Assembly: GCA_003223515.1 (NCBI GenBank)
Contig: QHVI01000026.1
Span: 18,345 to 82,344, forward strand
Direction: 5' to 3'
Source: Candidatus Angelobacter sp. Gp1-AA117
Lineage (GTDB): Bacteria; Acidobacteriota; Terriglobia; Terriglobales; Acidobacteriaceae
DNA: 64,000 nucleotides
Part shown: piece after piece, positions 38,716 through 47,842 of the stretch
How positions within the stretch are numbered: position 1 is the stretch's first letter
Layout: every line of letters begins with the position of its first letter
Notes under the pieces: generated by a model
Seen by the model: only the letters and a program-made list of their open reading frames with translations
Told to the model about the DNA's origin: nothing
Database searches by the model: none
Program-made: the position numbers and the translations under genes

Positions 38716-38958
38716 GATTTCTCCGATAAATTAGGCGGAAGTCAACAGCAGGAAAACTTGTAATGGTAATCGCTCTGCGCCTGAAGGTAAACCTTGCTTA
38801 ATTCGCAAGTTTTTGATGGTATAGGTAGTGTCCCATTAGTGCGTTAACGGTTATATCAGGCGAAATCCCTCAGCCCCCCGTGATACAAGCGAAGCGGACT
38901 GCACAGGTGTACACAGCACCCATGCAGCCCTAACCAAAGCACCACACAAGGAGATGCA

Positions 38959-39237
38959 ATGGCTGACAATAAGGGTACACACCCGCAACGCATACACTCA
39001 AGTCTGAGAGAACTCGCAAACTTCGATGAGGTCAAGGATAAAATCATTGCCGACATCGAACTCTCTTCCGATATGGAATTCTTTGCAATCACCGTCACAT
39101 TTCAGGACAGGACAACGCTCACTTTCATCATTGAGCCTGCTCTTGTCGCTTTCCCGGTTTTGTCGGATTGGCCAAAAGGCAATGAGAAGGTCATCAAGAG
39201 GTATAGAGCAGTTCGCAGCAAGATTCCACGGGCATAA
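38959..39237 (+). CDS. Hypothetical protein
   Basis: 92 aa. Good SD (AAGGAG 5 nt before the ATG) and a terminator just downstream. Low-GC DNA. Confidence 0.5.
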   Translation: MADNKGTHPQRIHSSLRELANFDEVKDKIIADIELSSDMEFFAITVTFQDRTTLTFIIEPALVAFPVLSDWPKGNEKVIKRYRAVRSKIPRA

Positions 39238-39256
39238 GCAAAGGTGAAACCGACGA

Positions 39257-39280
39257 ACCCGCCAGAGATGGCGGGTTTTT
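39257..39280 (+). terminator. Rho-independent terminator
   Basis: ACCCGCC-AGAGAT-GGCGGGT followed by TTTTAT. Confidence 0.65.
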
Positions 39281-39485
39281 ATTTGCTCGATTTCTTCCGC
39301 TTTGACCATCGGGCCTGTACGGCTTTACGAGCGGATTCACTTCTCTCTTCTGCGGTGAGTCTCTCTGCGCGTATCTTACCGCCTAAGCGTCCGCCCTTGC
39401 GTCCCATTTTTACAAAGTACTCGCGTATGTCTTCCGGTATTCGTGTCATGTCTCTTATTGTACGTAACCCCGTTACGAAACGCAA
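39279..39485 (-). CDS. Small basic protein, hypothetical
   Basis: 68 aa, Lys/Arg/Gly-rich (GRKGGRLGGKIRAERLTAEERSESARKAVQARWSKRKK). Its start codon lies 18 nt from the left end of the IS element. Confidence 0.45.
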   Translation of the reverse strand: MRFVTGLRTIRDMTRIPEDIREYFVKMGRKGGRLGGKIRAERLTAEERSESARKAVQARWSKRKKSSK

Positions 39486-39502
39486 TACGATTTATGTTGA
39501 CT

Positions 39503-40628
39503 TACGTAAGGGGGTCACGTAGTATTTTACCTGTAACGATAAAGCCCTAACCAGCACGCCAATGCCAGTCAGGGCCAGAATCCACCACAGCCGAAGCTGA
39601 GATGAACCCACAAGCTCATTATCCGGCAAAGCGGCTGTGGGACTCAAGGAGAATCCACAGTGAATTGTCCCTATTGCCAGATTGAATCCAAGCGTTTTGG
39701 AAAGCACCGTAATGGATTACTGCGCTTCCGCTGCCCTCAATGTCGTAAAACCTTTACAGAACCTCATCCTAAGCTGGTCAACATGCGCCTGCCGCTTGAT
39801 AAAGCCATCTCTATTGTGAAGCTGCTGGTGGAAGGAATGAGCATTCGGAGCATTGAGCGGTTTACCCAGGTACACCGTGACACGATCCTGAACCTGTTGT
39901 CTGTTGCTGGTGATCGTTGCGCTCGTTTGATGGACAGCACGATGCGTAATCTCACTTGCAGATACATTCAGTGTGATGAAATCTGGACATTCTGCTTTAA
40001 GAAGCAGAAGAGAGTCCGCAATGATGACCCTGAAGAGTTTGGCGATCAATGGGTGTTTGCTGCCATTGATGCTGATACGAAGCTGATTCCATGCTTCGCA
40101 ATTGGGAAAAGAACCAAAGCCACAACGGATACTTTGATTGGCGATCTCTCTGAGCGGCTTGCTAACCGCGTCCAGATCACAACGGACGGATTCAGATTTT
40201 ACGTGAATGCAATTGAGCATTCGTTTGGTGCAGATGTGGACTTCGCACAGCTTGTGAAACTGTACGGTGATTATGGGCAGCATGGCGCGGAAGCGAAATA
40301 TTCTCCAAGCCCGATAATAGAAACCATAGTGAAAGTACATCAGGGCAAACCCAATGAAAAGCACATCAGCACTAGTTACATCGAGAGACAGAACCTTACC
40401 ATGCGAATGATGATGCGGAGATTCACGCGCCTGACTAATGCGTTTTCCAAGAAAGCTGCAAACCTCAGAGCAGCAGCCGCATTGCACTTCGCCTATTACA
40501 ATTTCTGCCGTGTCCATCAAACCTTGAGAGTCACGCCTTGCATGGAAGCTGGCATCACTGACCGCGTTTGGTCAATGAGCGATCTGCTACAGTTAACGGG
40601 TAGTTAACTATCGAAACCCCCTTTCGTA
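39503..40628 (+). mobile_element. IS1-family insertion sequence (single-ORF type); ends approximate
   Basis: Imperfect terminal inverted repeats: TACGTAAGGGGGTCACGTAGT (39503-39523) against the reverse complement of ACTATCGAAACCCCCTTTCGTA (40607-40628), about 18 of 22 matching. They enclose the transposase gene. No target-site duplication was found. Confidence 0.6.
39660..40607 (+). CDS. IS1-family transposase
   Basis: 315 aa. InsA-like zinc finger CPYCQ...RFRCPQCRKTF, an HTH segment, and a DDE region ending YIERQNLTMRMMMRRFTRLTNAFSKK...ALHFAYYNFCRVHQTL. SD AAGGAGA lies 7 nt before the GTG. Confidence 0.85.
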   Translation: MNCPYCQIESKRFGKHRNGLLRFRCPQCRKTFTEPHPKLVNMRLPLDKAISIVKLLVEGMSIRSIERFTQVHRDTILNLLSVAGDRCARLMDSTMRNLTCRYIQCDEIWTFCFKKQKRVRNDDPEEFGDQWVFAAIDADTKLIPCFAIGKRTKATTDTLIGDLSERLANRVQITTDGFRFYVNAIEHSFGADVDFAQLVKLYGDYGQHGAEAKYSPSPIIETIVKVHQGKPNEKHISTSYIERQNLTMRMMMRRFTRLTNAFSKKAANLRAAAALHFAYYNFCRVHQTLRVTPCMEAGITDRVWSMSDLLQLTGS

Positions 40629-40653
40629 TACAATCCACTGCTGTAAAATGAAA

Positions 40654-40687
40654 AAGGCCGAACGCCTAATTAAAGCGTTCGGCCTTT
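40654..40687 (-). terminator. Hairpin terminator, stronger on the minus strand
   Basis: GGCCGAACGC-CTAATTAAA-GCGTTCGGCC. The minus strand continues with UUUUU (plus-strand A-run 40651-40655); the plus strand has only TTT. Confidence 0.5.
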
Positions 40688-40763
40688 CCTGCCCTCCCAA
40701 AGTTTCGGCTCAGGGATGTTACGAGCATTCCTGAAATCCATGCCGAAGAAAGGAGGCGAGAGC

Positions 40764-40841
40764 CATGACCAGACTCGTTTACGTTTTGGTCATGGTACAT
40801 ATCCAGACTAACGCAGTGATTATTATCGTGGTCTGGATATG
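40764..40841 (+). CDS. 25-aa hydrophobic peptide (hand-found), type I toxin-like / small membrane protein candidate
   Basis: MTRLVYVLVMVHIQTNAVIIIVVWI. AGGAGG at 40750-40755 lies 8 nt before the ATG. A terminator starts 7 nt after the stop. Confidence 0.4.
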
Positions 40842-40847
40842 ACTCCA

Positions 40848-40873
40848 CGGCCCCCGGCAAGGGGGCCGATTTT
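40848..40873 (+). terminator. Rho-independent terminator of the small hydrophobic ORF
   Basis: GGCCCCC-GGCAA-GGGGGCC followed by GATTTTT. Confidence 0.7.
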
Positions 40874-41220
40874 TCCAAAGATCGTTTGGAGGGGAATCCA
40901 GCAGGGCTGCTGAAGACACAAAGAGACACAAGCGTTGGTCCGCAGTAGGCATACCGGAATGCTCCCACATTCCGCAAAATCCTCCGGCAAATCCGGAAAA
41001 CTACCAATTTGATAGTAATCGTCCGTGAAGCCGGAATATGTGAATAAATCATACGTTTTTTGCCACCAGTTGACAAACCTAAACGAACGACAAATAATTC
41101 CAAATAATTATATTTCGCCTAATCTTCGCCTTGGCCTTTCTTTGCCCAGCAACGCACTAATAGGACACTACCATGGTATAAGGCATTATCGAAACTCGCA
41201 CCTCCCAAGGAGAATCCGGA

Positions 41221-41862
41221 ATGAAGAAGATGACGGGACTGAAACTGGCTATGTGGGTGTTGCTGCTGGTTGCCTCTGCCGCGTTTGCGCAGATGCCGCA
41301 ACCCTTTTCCGCCGACTTTACAACCTCTACGCACAATGGCGAAAAAGTGACCGGCAAGTGGTTCTTTTCTACGCCGAACATGCGTGTGGACATGAATTCC
41401 ATGCCGGGCCGCGACCAGGGGCCCATGGCCGGGCCCGTCAGTATGATTGCGGACGCCGCCAGCCAGACCAACTATATGCTCCTTCATGGGCCGCACATGT
41501 ACATGGAATTTCATGGTGACCGCCAGAACAGCATGTCACCGGGACTGCGCGATCTGCTGCGCCAGAAATCTGGTGCCGATCCGTGCAGTGGAAGGACAGA
41601 TTGCACTTCCAGGAAGATCGGAACAGAAACCGTAAACGGCCGTTCTTGCGACAAATTGGAGGTTACCGACAAATCCGGCAAGAGCACGCTGTGGATTGAC
41701 CAGAAACTCCATTTTCCGGTCAGAATCCAGGGACGAGACGGAGATACCATGGATCTGACCAATATCAAAGAAGGCCCACAGGACCCGTCATTGTTTAAAG
41801 TGCCCGCAGGCTACAAGGCCTTTGACCCTTCAGCTTTTGGCGGACAGAGAAGGCCGAAATAA
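41221..41862 (+). CDS. Secreted protein, DUF4412/LolA-like fold candidate
   Basis: 213 aa. Signal peptide MKKMTGLKLAMWVLLLVASAAFA. Beta-rich with ...GTETVNGRSCDKLEV...STLWIDQKLHFPVRIQ. SD AAGGAGA. Confidence 0.5.
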   Translation: MKKMTGLKLAMWVLLLVASAAFAQMPQPFSADFTTSTHNGEKVTGKWFFSTPNMRVDMNSMPGRDQGPMAGPVSMIADAASQTNYMLLHGPHMYMEFHGDRQNSMSPGLRDLLRQKSGADPCSGRTDCTSRKIGTETVNGRSCDKLEVTDKSGKSTLWIDQKLHFPVRIQGRDGDTMDLTNIKEGPQDPSLFKVPAGYKAFDPSAFGGQRRPK

Positions 41863-41912
41863 AATAGTTGCAATGTTGAATATCAAGCACACATGCTGCG
41901 CAGGAGGGCCTG

Positions 41913-42275
41913 TTGCCTACACTGATTGAACGTCCCACGCGGGTGCAGGCGGCCGGCAATCTGCCGAAAATTATCGACGAGTATGTGGGCCGGCTGAATA
42001 CCAGCCAGGGTGGTATCAGCGTGGCCCATATGCGCAGCCCTGCCGGATGGGAAGAGCCCGGCCAGACTCCTGAATTTGAGGAATACACGATTGTCCTGCG
42101 TGGGCGCCTGCGTGTCCGCCACAAAGATGGAATGCTCGATGTTACTGCCGGACAAGCCATCATGGCTCATCCCGGCGAATGGATTCAATACTCCACTCCC
42201 GAAGAAGGTGCGGAATACATCGCCATCTGCCTGCCCGCTTTTTCGCCGGATACCGTGCACCGGGACGACAAATAA
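41913..42275 (+). CDS. Cupin domain protein
   Basis: 120 aa, cupin-like beta-barrel pattern (EEYTIVLRGRLRVRHKDGMLDVTAGQAIMAHPGEWIQY). AGGAGG lies 5 nt before the TTG start. Confidence 0.7.
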   Translation: MPTLIERPTRVQAAGNLPKIIDEYVGRLNTSQGGISVAHMRSPAGWEEPGQTPEFEEYTIVLRGRLRVRHKDGMLDVTAGQAIMAHPGEWIQYSTPEEGAEYIAICLPAFSPDTVHRDDK

Positions 42276-42403
42276 TGCGAACCGAAACCGGCACGGGTAT
42301 TTCAGGTTTCAACTGCCTGCATTCCTCTGCGCACTCTGCGTTCTCTTGCCCTAAAAATAACTGGGTGCTTACGGTGGATACCTTAACCCGAAGCGCAATT
42401 TTC

Positions 42404-43864
42404 ATGTTTTCTGGGTGGACGTTAGTCCCATGTCCGACTGCGGTAAAGTTCAAACGCATTTGGCTCATGGTCATCATGGGGGCTGGCATATTGCCGGTCT
42501 CGGCTAGCACCCGCCCGCACTATGGCGGGACCGTAAGAATCCTGATTCAGCACAAGATCGAATCCATCGATCCCGGCGTGGAGATTGAATATCCCGCCGA
42601 TCGGGAAAAGCTTGCTGATCTGGTTTTCGAGACTCTCACTGAGATCGATGGCCAGGGGAGGCTGCATCCCCGTCTGGCTGCTTCATGGCAGGCCGATGCC
42701 GGCCAGCGTGTCTGGCAATTCCAGCTTCGTGCCGCCAGCTTCCATGATGGTTCTGCAGTTACCTCAACCATCGTTGTTGCCAATCTGAAAGCGGCCATGC
42801 CTGACTGGAAACTCACACCCAGCGGCAAGCTTGCAGTGACCATAGAAACAACATTCCCATCGCCGCACCTGCCGGAACTGCTTGCGCTCTCGCGGTTTGC
42901 GATTGTGAAGCGCCTTCCTAATAACGTGCTGGCCGGCAGCGGCCCGTACAAGCTGGCGGAATGGCAGGCAGGCGAGCACGCACTGCTGGCCGCCAATGAT
43001 GACTACTGGGGCGGACGCCCCTTCGTGGACGCCATTGAAGTGCAGATGGGATTCTCTTTGCGTGAGCATCTGCTGGAACGTAACCTGGGGCGCGATCATG
43101 CCGCCGAACTCAGCATTGACCAGTTACGTGCGTTGGAACAGAGCAGCCAGACTCTGGTGGTTTCACGTCCTGCTGACCTGCTGGTAGTGGCCTTTCCCCG
43201 CAATGACCAGAACGGCAGGAGCGGCAAGAAGCCCGTCGATCCAAAGCTCCGGGCTGCTTTTGCTGCGACCATGAATCGCCAGGTGATCAGCAATGTGCTG
43301 TTGCAGCGCAAGAGCGCGCCCGCTACGGCCCTGTTGCCTCAATGGCTCACCGGATATGAATTCATCTTTCGCAGCCCGGATGCAGACCAGGTCCGCAAAT
43401 GGCGCACGGAAAATCCCGGTTCTGCATCCCTGACCCTGGCCTATGATTTCTCTGATCCGGCAGCCAGAATCGTAGCTGAAAGAATGGCGGTCGATGCCCG
43501 TGAAGCGGGCATCATGCTGCAGATCTTCGGTGATCCGCACATCAATACCAAATCGGCGCGCCGCACCTTCACCGCCGATGCCGTGCTGCTGCGCTTGCCT
43601 CTGCATGCTCTTGACCCGGCGGCAGCGCTGGCAGGTATTGCCGATGACTTTGATCTCGGGCAGGAAATTACTGCCGCAATACAGAGCGCCACCCGTCCTG
43701 AAGAGCTTTACGAGGCAGAGCGCAAGGCGCTGGCAGACGATTACCTGATTCCCGTGGCCCACGTCTCAGAAGCTCTCTGGATCAACAACAACGTGCATAA
43801 CTGGCAACAACTCGCCGACGGAAGCTGGCGCCTGGAGCAATTATGGGTAGATCAAAACAAGTAG
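42404..43864 (+). CDS. ABC-type substrate-binding protein, family 5 (peptide/nickel/opine type)
   Basis: HYGGTVRILI..., DDYWGGRPFVDAIE, typical SBP_bac_5 layout. The start is uncertain (42275, 42404 or 42467). 42404 gives a plausible signal peptide, KFKRIWLMVIMGAGILPVSAS. Confidence 0.7.
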   Translation: MFSGWTLVPCPTAVKFKRIWLMVIMGAGILPVSASTRPHYGGTVRILIQHKIESIDPGVEIEYPADREKLADLVFETLTEIDGQGRLHPRLAASWQADAGQRVWQFQLRAASFHDGSAVTSTIVVANLKAAMPDWKLTPSGKLAVTIETTFPSPHLPELLALSRFAIVKRLPNNVLAGSGPYKLAEWQAGEHALLAANDDYWGGRPFVDAIEVQMGFSLREHLLERNLGRDHAAELSIDQLRALEQSSQTLVVSRPADLLVVAFPRNDQNGRSGKKPVDPKLRAAFAATMNRQVISNVLLQRKSAPATALLPQWLTGYEFIFRSPDADQVRKWRTENPGSASLTLAYDFSDPAARIVAERMAVDAREAGIMLQIFGDPHINTKSARRTFTADAVLLRLPLHALDPAAALAGIADDFDLGQEITAAIQSATRPEELYEAERKALADDYLIPVAHVSEALWINNNVHNWQQLADGSWRLEQLWVDQNK

Positions 43865-43868
43865 TACC

Positions 43869-45653
43869 GTGTCCCTGACCTCCAAACTGCTTCTGACCGT
43901 CACACTCAGCATTGTTGCGAGCGTGGGGGCGGTGGCATGGCTGATCGAGGCGCGCACCCGCGAATCATTCCGTGACGTCTACCAGGAGCGCACCTCGGCG
44001 CTTGTCTCCCAGTTTCGCAAAGAGTTCGACCGCGGAGGCGATGGCGTAACCCAGGGCGTTGAGGCCATTGCCAGCTCCGAATCCATGCTCCAGATGGCCC
44101 TTGAGTTATCGAACGGCGCCGACGCAGCCGCCTTCGTCAATGCCGCTGCTGGATATGCCTCCGTCCAGCATTTTGACTTTCTCGATATTCTCGGCCCCGA
44201 TGGCAGCATCATCTCTTCCGCCCACTGGCCTGCCCGTGTCGGCTACAAGCAGCGCTGGGTAGTGGAGCAATCCTCGTCGATTCCACAGCATGCCTTCCTG
44301 CGCCAGGTGGAAACACCTCAAGGCAATCTGCTGGGCATCTTTTGCGTCCGCAGCCTCAAGACACGTGGCTTGAACTTCTACGTCCTTGGCGGACGAAAGC
44401 TCGATACAGCGTTGCACTCGCTGGCCATGCCTGCAGGCATGCGCGCATGGATCTACAGCTCACCTGAACAGGGCCAGGGCGCATTTTTAAGTTCCAACGA
44501 TGAAAGTTTCGATTCCGGCAGGCTCACGCCTCTGGCCCAGCAGGCGCTGGAGCAGCGCAAAGATACCTCAGTCACCGTTCACTGGGACAACGGTGATGAA
44601 GAAGCTTTCCATGCTGTTATTTTACCGGGATACACCGAACGTCCGCCGGCAGTGCTGTTAATCGGCAATTCACTGCAACAGCAGCGCATGCTGGAAGCGC
44701 ACATAGAAAAAGTGAGCTTGCTGATTGCTTTGTTTGGCGCGCTTTTCGGAGTGGTGGTGAGTACGGTGATCGCCACTCGCATTGTTCATCCGGTAAGAGA
44801 TCTGGCCGATGCCGCCGCAAAAATCGGCAGCGGTGACTGGAACGTTCACGTAGAACCTGCATCCAGCGACGAAATCGGCAAACTGGCAGAAGCCTTCAAC
44901 CAGATGACCCAGGAACTCATCGGGCAAAGAGAACGCCTGGTGCAGAGCGAACGCGTCGCTGCATGGCGCGAACTAGCCCGGCGGCTGGCCCATGAATTGA
45001 AGAACCCGCTTTTCCCCCTGCAGATCACCGTGGAAAACCTGTTGCGCGCCCGTGAAAGTTCACCGGAGCAGTTTGAAGAAGTCTTCCGGGAAAGCACCTC
45101 TACACTGCTCGCAGAAATCGCCAATCTGAAGACCATCATCAGCCGCTTCAGCGACTTCTCCAAGATGCCCGCGCCGCAGATTCAGGCGGTCGACCTCAAC
45201 GATCTGGTGCTCAGCATCGTGCAGCTTTTCCAGGGACAGCTCATGCGTGAACCGGCGCGCATCACCTCGGATCTGCAACTCGGGAAAGTTCCTCTTGTGA
45301 GCGGCGATCCGGTGCTGCTGCGCCGTGTGATCGAGAACCTGGTTTTGAATGCCGTAGACGCCCTGCCTAAGGGAGGCCGTCTCATCTGCCGCACCGGCAT
45401 GGCGGATAAATACGTATTCTTTGAATTGTCAGATACCGGTGTGGGACTTACACCCGAAGAATGTGAAAGACTGTTTACGCCTTATTACACTTCCAAGCAG
45501 CACGGGACCGGTTTAGGGCTGGCGATTGTGCAGTCCGTAATCAGCGACCATCATGGCCGCATCACCGTAAGCAGCAGAAAAGACGCAGGCACTACCTTTC
45601 ATGTAGAGTTACCAGTATTCGAAGCAGGAATGAAAGAAGCCGCGAATAGCTGA
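43869..45653 (+). CDS. Sensor histidine kinase (periplasmic domain + HAMP + HisKA + HATPase)
   Basis: 594 aa. Two TM segments, HAMP, H-box HELKNPLFPL, N box NLVLNAVDA, G boxes SDTGVGL and GTGLGLAIV. Confidence 0.9.
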   Translation: MSLTSKLLLTVTLSIVASVGAVAWLIEARTRESFRDVYQERTSALVSQFRKEFDRGGDGVTQGVEAIASSESMLQMALELSNGADAAAFVNAAAGYASVQHFDFLDILGPDGSIISSAHWPARVGYKQRWVVEQSSSIPQHAFLRQVETPQGNLLGIFCVRSLKTRGLNFYVLGGRKLDTALHSLAMPAGMRAWIYSSPEQGQGAFLSSNDESFDSGRLTPLAQQALEQRKDTSVTVHWDNGDEEAFHAVILPGYTERPPAVLLIGNSLQQQRMLEAHIEKVSLLIALFGALFGVVVSTVIATRIVHPVRDLADAAAKIGSGDWNVHVEPASSDEIGKLAEAFNQMTQELIGQRERLVQSERVAAWRELARRLAHELKNPLFPLQITVENLLRARESSPEQFEEVFRESTSTLLAEIANLKTIISRFSDFSKMPAPQIQAVDLNDLVLSIVQLFQGQLMREPARITSDLQLGKVPLVSGDPVLLRRVIENLVLNAVDALPKGGRLICRTGMADKYVFFELSDTGVGLTPEECERLFTPYYTSKQHGTGLGLAIVQSVISDHHGRITVSSRKDAGTTFHVELPVFEAGMKEAANS

Positions 45654-45817
45654 AAAAGCCGCGAATAACGCGAACCAACGCGAAAGAAGACGCGAATCAG
45701 GAAGAATCGGGTGATCGCCGTGATCGAGAGATCGGGAGATCAGAAAAATGCTGGCCATAGAGATAGAGACGGTGCTCAGCATGTGAGAAAGCGCGAAGCG
45801 CGGCTCACAAGGTTTTA

Positions 45818-45895
45818 CTAGAAGCTAGAAGCTAGAAGCTAGCAGCTTTTGCTAAATACTAAATACTAAATACTAAATACTAAATACTAAATACT
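45818..45895. repeat. Two adjacent heptamer tandem arrays: (CTAGAAG)x3-4 then (AAATACT)x6
   Basis: CTAGAAGCTAGAAGCTAGAAGCTAGCAGC (45818-45846) and six perfect AAATACT units (45854-45895). The arrays end 5 nt before the ATG at 45901. Confidence 0.9.
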
Positions 45896-45900
45896 GACTA

Positions 45901-47274
45901 ATGAAATCTCATCTCCTCATCATCGATGACGACGCCAACACCCTGGCCTCCCTCGCCCGCGCTTTTCGTCTGGCTGGTCACGAAGCCACTGTCTGTGACA
46001 ACCCTATGCGTGCCCTGGATATGATCAAGGCCGAAAAGTTTGATTTAATTTTTTCCGACGTCGTCATGCCCGGCATGGATGGCCTTACTCTGCTCGAGCA
46101 GATCAAGAATGCGGGGGTGAAGACTCCGGTCGTCATGATGTCCGGGCAGGCCCACATTGAGATGGCGGTGAAAGCGACCCGCCTGGGCGCGCTGGATTTC
46201 CTGGAAAAGCCGCTCTCCACTGACAAATTACTGCTCACCGTGCAGAACGCTCTTCGGTTGGAACGCCTGGAGCAGGAAAATCGCCAGCTCCGCCAGAAAC
46301 TCGGCGGCGCAGAGATCATCTTCGTCGGCGAAAAGATGCGCAAATTGATGGCCCAGATCGCGCGTGTTGCGTCCAGCGAATCCCGCATCTGCATTCTGGG
46401 CGAGACCGGCACCGGCAAGGAACTGATTGCGCGCACCATCCATGACAAGAGCCACCGCAGCGCCGGTCCGTATGTCACTTTGAATTGTGCTGCTGTTCCG
46501 GTAGAGCTGATCGAGTCAGAGCTATTTGGCCATGAAAAGGGATCGTTCACCGGCGCGGCCAACCGTCATCTGGGCAAATTCGAGCAGGCCCACGAAGGCA
46601 CGCTCTTCCTCGATGAAATCGGAGACATGCCATTGGCCATGCAGGCCAAGCTCCTGCGCGTCCTGGAGCAGGGCGAGGTGGAGCGCATCGGTGGAGATAA
46701 ACCTGTCAAAGTAAACGTGCGTGTGATTGTGGCCACGCACCGCAATCTTGAAGAGCAGGTAAAGCAGGGCGGTTTCCGTCAGGATCTTTTCCATCGCATC
46801 TATGTTTTTCCGGTTGTGCTCCCGCCTTTGCGCGAGCGCGTGGAAGACATTCCTGCGCTGGTCAATCATTTCGCCGTGCAGATTACCCGCCAGAACGGCT
46901 GGAAAGAAGCAACTTTTGCTCCTGAGGCCATGCAGGCCCTGCAGGGCCATTCCTGGCCGGGAAATATCCGTGAACTGCGCAACGTGGTGGAACGCCTGCT
47001 GCTCTTCTGCGAGGATGACACTGTGACGCTCTCGACCGTGCAGACCGCCATGCCTGTGCCGCAGCAAGCTGTGAATGGTGGGGTACAGATCGCTACTACC
47101 GGCACGTTATCGGAGCGAGTCGAACAGGTGGAACGCCAGATGATCCTCGATGAAATCAAGCGCCAGAAGTACCACATCACCAACACCGCCAAAGCCCTGG
47201 GCCTTGAACGCAGCCATCTCTATAAAAAATGCCAGCAACTAGGCATCGACCTCCGTAAAATCCGGCCCAGTTGA
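45901..47274 (+). CDS. Sigma-54-dependent response regulator (NtrC family)
   Basis: 457 aa. REC domain (DLIFSDVVMPGMDG), AAA+ sigma54-interaction domain (GETGTGKE, ESELFGHEKGSFTGA), C-terminal Fis-type HTH (ITNTAKALGLERSHLYKK). Confidence 0.92.
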   Translation: MKSHLLIIDDDANTLASLARAFRLAGHEATVCDNPMRALDMIKAEKFDLIFSDVVMPGMDGLTLLEQIKNAGVKTPVVMMSGQAHIEMAVKATRLGALDFLEKPLSTDKLLLTVQNALRLERLEQENRQLRQKLGGAEIIFVGEKMRKLMAQIARVASSESRICILGETGTGKELIARTIHDKSHRSAGPYVTLNCAAVPVELIESELFGHEKGSFTGAANRHLGKFEQAHEGTLFLDEIGDMPLAMQAKLLRVLEQGEVERIGGDKPVKVNVRVIVATHRNLEEQVKQGGFRQDLFHRIYVFPVVLPPLRERVEDIPALVNHFAVQITRQNGWKEATFAPEAMQALQGHSWPGNIRELRNVVERLLLFCEDDTVTLSTVQTAMPVPQQAVNGGVQIATTGTLSERVEQVERQMILDEIKRQKYHITNTAKALGLERSHLYKKCQQLGIDLRKIRPS

Positions 47275-47275
47275 A

Positions 47276-47842
47276 CTATTTCTTCCCAGTAGAATTCTCC
47301 CGTTTTTGTTCGGGGTACATCTTCAAGAGTTGCGCCAAAGGCGGAACACCGTATTTCGCACGTTCGCTGTCAGGTACGTCGCGGTCTATGGGTACAAGCT
47401 CTTCAGCTCCGGTTTTCTGATTGATGATGCGGTTCGTCCCATATTTCTGATGGCCTTCAGTGAAGCTCAAATACCGATCTATAGCTGCTGCCACCAGGAT
47501 TCCGGCATCCTTGAACCCGCCTTCGAAGGCTTCCTTGGCCAGATAATGTGCAAGCAGATAGTTGTAAGATCCGTAACTTATCATGCGTTCACCGCAAAAT
47601 GTCAGAGGTGTATGCTCCAGCACAAGGGCTGCATTGAATTTGTCCTCGGGAGTTTTTGCAGCACCCTGAGCCAGCAATTGCAATACCAGCTTTGCACGAT
47701 CATTGTCGCTGCGAGGAATGTTTGCGGCGCCGCGTTGAGCAGCCTGGTCTTCCTCTCTCAACTTTCTCAATTCAGTATTCTGGCTGAAAGTCTGGGACAC
47801 CGCACACAGGCAGAATAGAATCAATAAATGGAAATATCTCAT
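47276..47842 (-). CDS. Secreted hypothetical protein
   Basis: 188 aa. Signal peptide MRYFHLLILFCLCAVSQTFS, helical. Convergent with the response-regulator gene with a 1-nt gap. Confidence 0.5.
   Translation of the reverse strand: MRYFHLLILFCLCAVSQTFSQNTELRKLREEDQAAQRGAANIPRSDNDRAKLVLQLLAQGAAKTPEDKFNAALVLEHTPLTFCGERMISYGSYNYLLAHYLAKEAFEGGFKDAGILVAAAIDRYLSFTEGHQKYGTNRIINQKTGAEELVPIDRDVPDSERAKYGVPPLAQLLKMYPEQKRENSTGKK

Noticed and set aside
40666-41103. 145-aa minus-strand ORF overlapping the small hydrophobic ORF locus.
   Set aside because: Its composition is Arg/Ser/Cys-rich with no motif and no SD. It overlaps a better-supported plus-strand micro-gene. It is kept only as an alternative explanation for the minus-strand terminator at 40654-40687.
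45818-45895. Tandem arrays here and at 13171-13244, 10158-10221 and 53002-53096, considered as CRISPR arrays.
   Set aside because: The units are 7-13 nt with no unique spacers of 25-40 nt, and no cas genes are present in the window.
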